DNA from: an uncultured Lachnospiraceae bacterium
GTDB lineage: Bacteria > Bacillota > Clostridia > Lachnospirales > Lachnospiraceae
NCBI GenBank assembly: GCA_964541485.1
Contig: CAZIQL010000009.1
Coordinates: 327 to 64,326, forward strand
DNA: 64,000 bases
Reading direction: 5' to 3'
The position numbers were made by a program, and so were the translations under genes. The notes under the pieces are model-generated. The model did no database searches, was not told where the DNA came from, and saw only the letters and a list, made by a program, of their open reading frames with translations. How positions within the stretch are numbered: position 1 is the stretch's first letter; each line of letters opens with the position of its first letter. Positions 33,959-42,344 of this stretch are shown piece after piece.

Positions 33959-34803
33959 GCAGGAAGCGTTACCTCATCTTTCTTTTTTTCCTCAAACACC
34001 CTTTTTAGGGTAGAACAATCTGCTTTTGCATGGTATTTTGTTCCTCCCAGCGATACATATACCAGCTCCGTCGCCTCATCTTTCACACAAACATCACAAG
34101 CACTGTATTTTTTCCCGTATATATTTCGTTTTTCTCCTATCCTCTCTGTCTCAACCGCCATCACTGCCACATACAGATAGCCACAGCTTTTTGACTCATG
34201 ATATACCGTCCCATATGCCGTTACATACACCACTTCATCCGACGTTTCTTCCGCTTCCAGTTTATTTTTGTCATATTCCCCGATATACGGTAAAAAACTA
34301 AAACTCTGCACTACCGGAATCCTAATCCCCGGAAGCAGTGCTGTTTCGCAAAGAAAACTATAGGCAACCTTTCCCTGCAGCTTCCCGCTTTCTGCTTTCT
34401 CAAACACTACAAACACATCTTCTGCTCTTTCCTCTTCCAGCATTACTTTCCAGACCAATGCCTCATACAACCAGGACAAATCCTCTACTTCCCCTGATGT
34501 CCTTTCCACATATCCAAGTCCTGCACTTGTCAGTGTCACTTCTGCCACTTCCTTACAGACAGAAATCTGCACCAGAAGCAGCAGAAAACACTGCCAGAAA
34601 ATATAAATAGAGAAAAAGAACATTGGAAGTGCTATCGCTGCTTCCGCAGTCAGAGATGCACTCCGGTGCCTGTTCCTGTTCTGCTTTTTTCGCTGACATA
34701 ACTTTTCGGGAGAGACGGTCCATTTATGTAAATGACCAATAGTTTTGAAATAAATAGAAATGGAAGAAGTGCTTAACTCTTTACCACTAACAAGAACAGG
34801 CAC
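33922..34803 (-). CDS. TadE-like membrane protein with a C-terminal duplicated Cys/His module.
   Basis: The GTG at 34803 is preceded by AAAGGAGGTG. The TadE-like segment is SASLTAEAAIALPMFFFSIYIF. The C-terminus carries two copies of VYV(T/S)xxGTxYHxxxxC, each followed by a CxxC (VVYVTAYGTVYHESKSCGYL...CDVC; LVYVSLGGTKYHAKADCSTL...CSRC). Confidence 0.55.
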   Translation of the reverse strand: MPVLVSGKELSTSSISIYFKTIGHLHKWTVSPEKLCQRKKQNRNRHRSASLTAEAAIALPMFFFSIYIFWQCFLLLLVQISVCKEVAEVTLTSAGLGYVERTSGEVEDLSWLYEALVWKVMLEEERAEDVFVVFEKAESGKLQGKVAYSFLCETALLPGIRIPVVQSFSFLPYIGEYDKNKLEAEETSDEVVYVTAYGTVYHESKSCGYLYVAVMAVETERIGEKRNIYGKKYSACDVCVKDEATELVYVSLGGTKYHAKADCSTLKRVFEEKKKDEVTLPACSRCAEGGNGT

Positions 34804-34823
34804 CGGAACACACCTCCTTTCTG

Positions 34824-37166
34824 CTAAAAGGCCACTGCCTCCTGAATCGATATTTCATAGATTTCTTCCTTCCATAGTCCTGTATTTATTTTTTGTTCCA
34901 GTTGGGATTGTATCCGGAAAGAAAATTCCGTCACGACGTTTTTGATTGAAAAATCTGCCCGGTACCGATATCGGAGATTCTCCTGTATCAGATCCAGACT
35001 CCGGTAGGCTTTCCTTTGCGTGCTCTTTAATAAAGATAATACCGTCAGATACTCCCCATAAGAAAACCCATCCGGTGCATCCTTCCACGTCTTTGCCTTT
35101 ACCTCCACCAGTTCCTTTCCAAACAAAAACAACTCAGAAAAACTAATCTGTCCTTCCACACTGAACAGCGGAACCCTTTTCCCGTCAAACAGCACCGCAA
35201 CCTCTACGACAGCCTCTTCCACGGCCCACAAAAGAAGCATCCCGTATTTGACAGCTGAAATCAGCACCGGAATACCGGTAAATCCTACCGCTCCTACCGC
35301 AAACAAATCCAGCTGGCTCATCTTTCCGGCATCCTTTAAAATGGAAACCATAGCAAACACACTGCGGATTGCAATCAGATACAGCGCTGTTGACAACAAA
35401 TTTCCCTTATCGGTCTTATTTCCGAATAACAGATACTCCCTCTCATAAGAAAGCCTCCTGCCCTCCAATACATTTGCAAAGCTGCCAAAGTAGTTTTCTG
35501 CATACCACTCAAGAGCAAGTAAATCTGCCGATTGTTCCGCACCCGCTTTCAGTACACCCAAAAAGCCCTCCGACCGGAGCAATTCCACAATCTCATCAAA
35601 GCACCGGAAAATCTGTGTCTGCGTTTTCTCTGCAAGCAGTCCCGCAGAAGGGAGATTCTGCCCTCCAATGCGTTTCTCCGAGAGTTCCTTCTCTGACAGC
35701 CCAACGAAGGAAAGAATGCTCCCTGTTGCTATTTTTTCCATCATCCGAAAGACACTCCCCTGTACCGTTGGTACTGCTGTCATCGTTCCATAAGTAAACC
35801 ACAGCCCCTCTGCCGTATATTCTTCCATGCGTTCTGCCACAGCCCGCACGCAAAGCGACATTTCATACAGCATTTCTCCCGAAAACTCCGGAAGTGCTGT
35901 TTCCTCTAACAACCTTTCGTTTTTCTCTATGGATTCCCTCATTTCTGAAACCTGGTACCCCGCATCAGATAACCCCGCATACAACTTCAACCTTTGCAGC
36001 TCCTCCTGAAACACCGCGTACAGTTCCGTAGAAACCTCATCCTTCAGCTCACTCAGATAATTTTCATACAGTTTCACGGAAAGCTGTGCTCCCAGCTGTT
36101 TGCTCTCTAACTCTGTCAGAATTTCCTTTGCCTGTGAAAGCAACGGCATCACCTGCTCCAGTTCCTTTTTCAGCGTTTCATATTGCTCCTCCATATCCAT
36201 ACATGCAATGTCCAGCCATTCTATCAGCTCATCGCGCTGCTCTGTTACCGATTCTATCCTTTCTGCCAGAACCTTTGCCTCCTCAAACAAGGCATCTGCT
36301 TTTTCCTCCGAAAGCTCTGCCGACAGCTCTTCTGCAATTTCCCCGCGCCTCTCTTTATATTCCCGCAGTTCCAGGTCAAAAACGGCCAGCTCAGCCTGCA
36401 TTTCTGCTCCCTTTCTGAGAAGACGGTAAAGCTCCTCTGCGTGATCCTTTGGACTCCAGAAATTTCCCTTGACTGCCTGGTATATTTCTTCATTCTCATA
36501 GTTTTCTTCCCACTCCTCCTCCGTAAAAGTACAAAGGCGTTTTATAAAGACATCTGTCGTCTTTAACTTTCCCTCTGCATCAAAGCACAGACCTTCTTCC
36601 TCAGTTATTACCCCGTCTACCAATTCCATCAGCTTAAGAATTTCCTGCGTCACGGTCGCCGTCTGCGCAATTGCCTCCTCCTGTTTTTGATAGATTTGCG
36701 AGGCATACACCGCATCATTAAATTCCTGCTCCAAAACCAGCCGGGACAAAACATCCTGCATCCCTTCCGGCACTGCAAGCTCCTTAATTTGTTTCAAAAA
36801 CGACTCCGCTTCATCCGAAAGCAATGTCCTTGTTTCCGTTACTTCTACGGAGGGCTCTGAAAATGACAAAAGTCCTCCTTTCAATCCGGTTAACGCAAAT
36901 GTCACATCTTCCTTCACCGTCTTCTCCAGTTTTTGCTCCGAAAAATATCCGGCATCATCCGATGCATTGATTCCCAGCAGCCCATACTCTTTAAACAACG
37001 GATAATAATACAACGCGCGTGCGGAATCTCCTGCCATCACAGAAAGCATCTGGACATACGCTTTCCCTCCGGCAATCCTTGCCGCCTCAAGCGTTGTCAG
37101 AACAAGAGAAAACAACAGCACCAGAATCAGTACCAGGAACACAGTAATACTTCCCTTTTTTCTCAC
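34824..37166 (-). CDS. Large Tad-locus protein of unknown function with a pseudopilin-like N-terminus. It recalls DUF5702 (unverified).
   Basis: 780 aa with a GTG start at 37166. The N-terminus MRKKGSITVFLVLILVLLFSLVLTTLEAARI resembles TadE/TadG-type leaders. It has a long helical acidic middle and two or three C-terminal TM segments. Confidence 0.55.
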   Translation of the reverse strand: MRKKGSITVFLVLILVLLFSLVLTTLEAARIAGGKAYVQMLSVMAGDSARALYYYPLFKEYGLLGINASDDAGYFSEQKLEKTVKEDVTFALTGLKGGLLSFSEPSVEVTETRTLLSDEAESFLKQIKELAVPEGMQDVLSRLVLEQEFNDAVYASQIYQKQEEAIAQTATVTQEILKLMELVDGVITEEEGLCFDAEGKLKTTDVFIKRLCTFTEEEWEENYENEEIYQAVKGNFWSPKDHAEELYRLLRKGAEMQAELAVFDLELREYKERRGEIAEELSAELSEEKADALFEEAKVLAERIESVTEQRDELIEWLDIACMDMEEQYETLKKELEQVMPLLSQAKEILTELESKQLGAQLSVKLYENYLSELKDEVSTELYAVFQEELQRLKLYAGLSDAGYQVSEMRESIEKNERLLEETALPEFSGEMLYEMSLCVRAVAERMEEYTAEGLWFTYGTMTAVPTVQGSVFRMMEKIATGSILSFVGLSEKELSEKRIGGQNLPSAGLLAEKTQTQIFRCFDEIVELLRSEGFLGVLKAGAEQSADLLALEWYAENYFGSFANVLEGRRLSYEREYLLFGNKTDKGNLLSTALYLIAIRSVFAMVSILKDAGKMSQLDLFAVGAVGFTGIPVLISAVKYGMLLLWAVEEAVVEVAVLFDGKRVPLFSVEGQISFSELFLFGKELVEVKAKTWKDAPDGFSYGEYLTVLSLLKSTQRKAYRSLDLIQENLRYRYRADFSIKNVVTEFSFRIQSQLEQKINTGLWKEEIYEISIQEAVAF

Positions 37167-37176
37167 CTTTTCTTCC

Positions 37177-37335
37177 TCATTTCATAATCTTGTTTACATC
37201 CCCCGACAATTCGGAAAACGCACTGTTTACCAAACCGGTAATCTGCTCCTTAAATATCAGTACAAGGCCAATCAGTATGACCAGAATCAACACGATTTCA
37301 ATCACTCCGACCGCTTTTGCTTCCCACTTTCTCAT
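37177..37335 (-). CDS. flp: Flp-type type IVc pilin precursor, 52 aa. It is not present in the supplied ORF track.
   Basis: Hand translation gives MRKWEAKAVGVIEIVLILVILIGLVLIFKEQITGLVNSAFSELSGDVNKIMK*. GGAAGGAGGAAAAAC lies directly upstream of the ATG. The G|VIEIVLIL motif fits the Flp processing site (G followed by xxE and a hydrophobic helix). The gene sits between tadC and the large Tad protein with 14-nt and 10-nt gaps. Confidence 0.7.
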   Translation of the reverse strand: MRKWEAKAVGVIEIVLILVILIGLVLIFKEQITGLVNSAFSELSGDVNKIMK

Positions 37336-37349
37336 GTTTTTCCTCCTTC

Positions 37350-38636
37350 CTAAAACATCCCAAATGCCGGCATGAGCAGTACGGCAAAGATCAATACAAG
37401 AAACCCCATCATCGGCAACAGAAGCTTTGTTCCTGTCTGTTCCCCACGGATTTTTATCTTTGTCCGTTCCTCCGCCATAACTTCTTTTGCTTCCTGCAGC
37501 AAAAGCTCCCGGATGTTCTGTACGCCTTTTGTGGCATTCTGGGATAACAAAGATGCCATTCTCTGATATGCCACCTGCCCAAACCGGTCTCCAAACGCCT
37601 CATACGCTACGGCCTCCGGACATCCGTTTTCCAGCTCTCTGCAGGTTACCTGCAATTCCTCTGTCAGCACAAACCGGTTCCCATATGTCTTTGCATACTC
37701 CTTTGCCAGCCGGCCAAACGCCTCTCTGACCGAAACTCCGGCCACAAGCATCAGGGAAAGCTTTGTGACAAACTCCGTATACCCGTTTCTCGCCTGATCC
37801 GCCCGGTCCTTTTTCTTTTTTTCTATTTCACTGAAATAATTCTGGTATACAAACACCGGCAAAAGCACCGCCAGAATTCCAAGAAAACCAACAGAAGATA
37901 ACCCTTTGTTCTCTAAAAGCTGTATTTTTCTCCCGTTAATCATTTCCGGAAGAGCTACCTCTTTTTGAGTTCTGGATGTTTCCTCAAGCTTTATCAGCTC
38001 CTCTTCTATTCCAAGCAGCAGTTTTTCTTCCTGCGTATACTCCTTAGGACACACCACAACCCGTCTTTCATACACGCGAAATTCCGTTCCGTACTCTATC
38101 TTTGCCGTTATAGTAACCACTTTTTCCTCGGTCAGTCCGTCGTTGTGCACTTCCCCTTTTACATCCAGCAGCCAAAGAGCGTCCGTACTCCAGCTGACTT
38201 CAAAGGAATCCAATACCTCGTCCGGAAAATACAGATTGCATTCTACTCTTTGCAGGTTCTCATTCTCCCCCGCCACCACCGTATCCAGATACGCCTCTGT
38301 TTCCTGATGGAGCTTGTCGATCTGCTCCTCTTCCAGCTCCACTGCCGAAACCGAAACCTCTGTCTTGCGCCATCCGTCTGCTGTTTCTATCTGCACGGTC
38401 TGTACGGTCTCTTCCATTCCCATCTCAGGACGCACCAGGGCCTGTATCCTGCCTTCTTTTCGTTCTTTATAAAGGAGTATCAGCGACATAGCCAAAAGAA
38501 GCCCTGTTACCATCAATGTTTTTTGCAGTCTTTTTTTGATGTCTTCCCTGAGCTTGCTTTCTACTTCTTTTTTTGTCTTTCCCGGATACAGCACCATTGC
38601 CGAACGGATTTTTTCTTCGGACACCAGTCCCCGCAT
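37350..38636 (-). CDS. tadC: TadC-like (GspF/T2SS-F family) pilus platform protein with an extended N-terminal extracytoplasmic domain.
   Basis: 428 aa. The C-terminal ~170 aa (LSLMLVAGVSVREAFGRLAKEY...LLLPMMGFLVLIFAVLLMPA) look like a T2SS-F domain. Its position after tadB and cpaF fits. Confidence 0.7.
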   Translation of the reverse strand: MRGLVSEEKIRSAMVLYPGKTKKEVESKLREDIKKRLQKTLMVTGLLLAMSLILLYKERKEGRIQALVRPEMGMEETVQTVQIETADGWRKTEVSVSAVELEEEQIDKLHQETEAYLDTVVAGENENLQRVECNLYFPDEVLDSFEVSWSTDALWLLDVKGEVHNDGLTEEKVVTITAKIEYGTEFRVYERRVVVCPKEYTQEEKLLLGIEEELIKLEETSRTQKEVALPEMINGRKIQLLENKGLSSVGFLGILAVLLPVFVYQNYFSEIEKKKKDRADQARNGYTEFVTKLSLMLVAGVSVREAFGRLAKEYAKTYGNRFVLTEELQVTCRELENGCPEAVAYEAFGDRFGQVAYQRMASLLSQNATKGVQNIRELLLQEAKEVMAEERTKIKIRGEQTGTKLLLPMMGFLVLIFAVLLMPAFGMF

Positions 38637-38656
38637 TTATTTTCACTCCTTTTATC

Positions 38657-39391
38657 CTATCCCAGCATCTCCCTTTGAATGATTTTCTCACCCAGGTACC
38701 GGAATCCCTGATAACACAAAAACACTCCCCACATGAAAACAATCCCAAATGTGTTATGATACAGCAGTTCGCTCATAGATGGCGCAAACAGCTTAAGATA
38801 AAAAAGTATGGCGTACGGAAGCACACACATAATCCGGAACTCACTTTCCTTTGCAGCAACCGCCGCCCGAAGCTCCCGTTTTAACTCAATTTTATCCTGA
38901 AGGATATCCCCTGACTGCCGAAGTATCAGGCTAAGATCTCCCCCTGTCCGCTTTACAACAGAAAGAATTTCTGCAAATTGCCGGATATCCTCGGATGCAC
39001 TCCTCTCTCCGAAAGCCAGCCACACCTTTTCCATACTGCTTCCAAGCTCCATCCCGGTTATCATTCTCCGGTACTCCTTACAAATGTCATGTCCCCGGTG
39101 GTACATCTGCTCCAGCCCCTTTAAGGTTTCCCTCATTCCGTTTTCCGGCGAATACCCTGCCGTCAATGCATTACGAAAATAAAGAAGTGAGTCCTTAAAT
39201 GCCAGTGTAAGGTTCCACCTGCTTTCTTTTTCTAACCGCTTTCTCTCCCGCAGGATATCCAGCGGCGCCGCCAACAGCACCCCCAAAGAAACCACAGAAA
39301 AATCAAAAAAAGCCCACATGGTCAGAATAGAAATTCCAAAAGTTTTCAGTACGATTCCTGCCAGTTTTGCAGCCTCATTTTTCTTCTTCAA
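38657..39391 (-). CDS. tadB: TadB-like (GspF/T2SS-F family) pilus platform protein.
   Basis: 244 aa. It has an N-terminal TM pair, a cytoplasmic helical domain and a C-terminal TM pair. It overlaps the cpaF stop by 17 nt. Confidence 0.7.
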   Translation of the reverse strand: MKKKNEAAKLAGIVLKTFGISILTMWAFFDFSVVSLGVLLAAPLDILRERKRLEKESRWNLTLAFKDSLLYFRNALTAGYSPENGMRETLKGLEQMYHRGHDICKEYRRMITGMELGSSMEKVWLAFGERSASEDIRQFAEILSVVKRTGGDLSLILRQSGDILQDKIELKRELRAAVAAKESEFRIMCVLPYAILFYLKLFAPSMSELLYHNTFGIVFMWGVFLCYQGFRYLGEKIIQREMLG

Positions 39392-40616
39392 CCGTTTCCC
39401 TTCCTTTCCCTCCTGCGCGCAAAAGCTTTCTTTGCTGCACGAAGGCGCTGCCGGTCCGCTTCAGTGACCCTGTCACACTGTCCGAAGCCTCCCCCTGCCC
39501 CTCTGTAAATACAAACAACGGGTTAATCTCTATTTCTCCGTCTCTGCAGCCAAGTACTTCTGCAATCTCCAGCACACAGCGTCTGCCGTCCCTGAGTCGT
39601 CCGAGATGCACAATAACATCAATCGCAGAAGCAATTTGCTTTCGCACCGCCATCAGCGGTATATCTGCCCCCAGCAACACCATTGTCTCCAGACGATCGA
39701 GCATATCTGCCGTAGAATTTCCGTGTCCGGTCGACAAAGAACCATCATGCCCGGTATTCATTGCCTGTAGCATATCAATGGTTTCTGCCCCCCGCACTTC
39801 TCCTACAATAATCCTGTCCGGACGGGCCCGAAGCGCTGCCCGGATCAAATCCCTGATGGAAATTTCCCGACAGCCCTCGTCCGTCCTGTTTCTGACTTCT
39901 AAACGAACCAGGTTCTCAATTCCTGTTATTTTTAATTCCGCCGCATCCTCAATGGTAACCAAGCGCTCCTCCGGAGAGATAAATCCTGCCAGCGCATTTA
40001 AAAACGTTGTCTTGCCCGAACCGGTCCCTCCGCTGATAAACAGATTATATTTTGCTTTTACAAGACTCCCAAGAAATGCCGCTGCCTCTTCTGTCAACGC
40101 TCCTGCCTCCACAAGACGTTCCATGGTAAAGGGCTCTTTTGCAAACTTCCGGATGGTAACCACCGGACCGTTTAACGCAACCGGCGATAAAATCACATTG
40201 ACACGTGAGCCTTCTTTTAACCTGGCATCCAGAATCGGATTGGCCTCATTCACCACACGGTTTGCTCCTGCTGCAATCTGCTGAATAATGTCCTCCAGTT
40301 TTTCCTTTGATTCAAACGTCTTTTCCGACCGCTGCAGCCTCCCCCCGGTTTCTACAAAAACCGCATCCGGACCATTAATCATAACTTCTGTAATGTCCTC
40401 CTGCTCCAGCAGTTCTTCCAGAATGTCTAATCCTCGTATGGACGCATAAAGCTCCTTCCGAAGCTTTTCCTTTTTTTCCAGTGTCAGAAAATTAGTCCTT
40501 GCCTCCTTTAAAACAGCACTGTCAATTTTCTCAAACAATTCTGCCTCTGTAATTTCTCCGGAGTAATCAAATGCTTCCACAATCTCCTTGCGGAGCTTTT
40601 TCTTCAGCTCATTCAT
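39375..40616 (-). CDS. cpaF: CpaF/TadA family pilus assembly ATPase.
   Basis: 413 aa. It has the Walker A motif SGGTGSGKTTFLNAL, Asp box and Walker B (IIVGEVRG), and a His box (TGHDGSLSTGH). Confidence 0.92.
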   Translation of the reverse strand: MNELKKKLRKEIVEAFDYSGEITEAELFEKIDSAVLKEARTNFLTLEKKEKLRKELYASIRGLDILEELLEQEDITEVMINGPDAVFVETGGRLQRSEKTFESKEKLEDIIQQIAAGANRVVNEANPILDARLKEGSRVNVILSPVALNGPVVTIRKFAKEPFTMERLVEAGALTEEAAAFLGSLVKAKYNLFISGGTGSGKTTFLNALAGFISPEERLVTIEDAAELKITGIENLVRLEVRNRTDEGCREISIRDLIRAALRARPDRIIVGEVRGAETIDMLQAMNTGHDGSLSTGHGNSTADMLDRLETMVLLGADIPLMAVRKQIASAIDVIVHLGRLRDGRRCVLEIAEVLGCRDGEIEINPLFVFTEGQGEASDSVTGSLKRTGSAFVQQRKLLRAGGKGRETVEEEK

Positions 40617-41503
40617 TCAACCGCCTCCGTTTCCTGCAGCTTTGACAGAACCTCCTGCTCTCCTGCATATTTCATTTGGCGCAAAAACTCTCTTTTTCTG
40701 GATTCACCTTCTTCTGACTTTGAACAGACCAAATAGACCCGACTACTCTGATGCATGACAGAAAGAATCCCATCATGAAACATTCCGGAAAGAAATACGA
40801 TATGGTCATATCCTCCGTATTCCTTGCAACACACTAAAAGCTTCTGCATTTCTTCCGGGGAATACTGCCACAGATCCGAACAGTAATCCGGACCGCAAAA
40901 ATACTCCATTCCTTTTTTCTTCCGGATTCCTGCAAACAATTTTTTTGCCTGCCGGATGTCCTTCCGCAAAAAATACAGTAATTCGCTGACGGACGGATTT
41001 TCTGTTTCCTCGGTTTCTGCTCTTTTGTATCCCAAAAAAGCATCCCACGGCAAAAATAATGTCCTGCCTCTCTCCGCCAGTTCCTTTGCAAAAGAAAGCG
41101 CATACTTTTCTGCCATCCGGTTGCTTTCCGGAGAAAAAACCACAAACAGTCCGCATAACTGCATCGCTGTTTCTCTTTGCGCTTCTGCCATCACCGTGCG
41201 AATCAGATTCCCAACCTTTTGATAACGGAACAGACAGCTCTCCTCTAAGTCACCCAACTCATCCGAAAGCTCCCATACCTTTATCCCGGCCGGCAGTTTG
41301 TCCTTTAACGATGCGATTTCTTCTTTCGTCTTTCCACCCAAAAGTAACGAAACAAGTTTTTTCCGTTCACAAAAGGACAAAAGCTCTTCTTCCTTGCGAA
41401 AGTTAACCGCAAAGCAGCCAATGTCTTTTCTTTCATTAATGTAGTGAATCAGTTGTCCTGCATACTCAGCCTGTCCATCGAAAACTCCGATGACCTGCTC
41501 CAA
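40613..41503 (-). CDS. First gene of the Tad operon, a possible TadZ/CpaE-like organiser that lacks a P-loop.
   Basis: 296 aa with a TTG start preceded by GAGAGGTGAG. The N-terminal ~110 aa look receiver-like. The region LFVVFSPESNRMAEKYALSFAKELAERGRTLFL occupies the place of the ParA/MinD Walker A, but no GKGGxGKT is present. The assignment rests on position and is weak. Confidence 0.45.
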   Translation of the reverse strand: MEQVIGVFDGQAEYAGQLIHYINERKDIGCFAVNFRKEEELLSFCERKKLVSLLLGGKTKEEIASLKDKLPAGIKVWELSDELGDLEESCLFRYQKVGNLIRTVMAEAQRETAMQLCGLFVVFSPESNRMAEKYALSFAKELAERGRTLFLPWDAFLGYKRAETEETENPSVSELLYFLRKDIRQAKKLFAGIRKKKGMEYFCGPDYCSDLWQYSPEEMQKLLVCCKEYGGYDHIVFLSGMFHDGILSVMHQSSRVYLVCSKSEEGESRKREFLRQMKYAGEQEVLSKLQETEAVE

Positions 41504-41625
41504 ACACTCACCTCTCTTTCCTGTTGATTTCCTCTTTGGGAATTCATTGGAATTTAAAGAATAATAAATAGGAATTTAGAAATTTCTTTCCGGAAGACCG
41601 GAATCGTACTAGAAATCTTGTCCAC

Positions 41626-41655
41626 ATGATAACGTCTTTTTTCCGAATTTGTCAA
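41626..41655 (-). promoter_or_regulatory. Sigma-70/SigA-type promoter candidate for the Tad operon.
   Basis: The minus strand reads TTGACA-N18-TATCAT (-35 at 41650-41655, -10 at 41626-41631). This predicts a leader of about 115 nt. Confidence 0.45.
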
Positions 41656-41812
41656 CGCAAATTCCTCAAGTTTTTCAACTTCGTTGTTTTTCACAAAAAA
41701 ATCCTCTTTTTTTGTATGTTTTGCAACAAAGAATTTCCAATTAGCTGGAAATGGATTTTCGTCAATCTGCGCAAAAATCCGCTCTTATTTTATGCAATAT
41801 TAACAAGAAAAC

Positions 41813-42019
41813 CTATAAAAAATGGATCAAACCAACCGTCAAAGCCAGCAAAAATCCGGGAATTCCAAGGATTGCAACCAGGAGGAAACTTAGCGGATTG
41901 ATTCCTGCAAAAACAAAATATCCGTTTGCAACACAGACCGCCTTTAAAACATAAAAAACAACCAGCCCCACAACACCCCTAAATATTGCATCCACCAAAT
42001 AATCTGTCCACTTTTTCAT
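41813..42019 (-). CDS. bofA: BofA family protein (pro-sigma-K processing inhibitor-like).
   Basis: 68 aa with two TM segments. The motif LVAILGIPGFLLAL parallels the BofA (I/L)LGIPG motif. It is adjacent to yaaL, as in Bacillus. Confidence 0.7.
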   Translation of the reverse strand: MKKWTDYLVDAIFRGVVGLVVFYVLKAVCVANGYFVFAGINPLSFLLVAILGIPGFLLALTVGLIHFL

Positions 42020-42131
42020 CCCACCGAGCCTCCTTTATTTTCTCTCTACTTATATATTCAAAAAAGAAAAGTTTTATGTATAAACCCTAAAAACTGAGAC
42101 TATACTTGTAAAAAAGAAAGGGGTTGAACGT

Positions 42132-42344
42132 GTGCCATTCACAAAAAGAAAAAAGACAACTGCAAAAGAGATTCTGCTTCAGGAGATTAATGCCACCCGC
42201 GAAGAACTGGATGCCGCCTACTCCCTCTTTGAAAACGTTGTTGACCCGGATTTAATCAGTAGCAGCATTTACCGAATCAATTCCATCCAGGACCGATATA
42301 AATATCTCATGAAACAGTTAAAGGCCGGAGAAGCCGGCAAATAA
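42132..42344 (+). CDS. yaaL: YaaL family protein (DUF2508).
   Basis: 70 aa with a GTG start. EELDAAYSLFENVVDPDLISSSIYRINSIQDRYKYLMKQLK matches the YaaL pattern (DPdLId...Y..L). Confidence 0.7.
   Translation: MPFTKRKKTTAKEILLQEINATREELDAAYSLFENVVDPDLISSSIYRINSIQDRYKYLMKQLKAGEAGK

Noticed and set aside
39367-40284. 305-aa plus-strand ORF antisense to cpaF, and 37965..38678 (237 aa) antisense to tadC.
   Set aside because: Both have Ser/Pro/Arg-rich low-complexity translations. The opposite strand carries clear CpaF and TadC motifs. Neither has an RBS.
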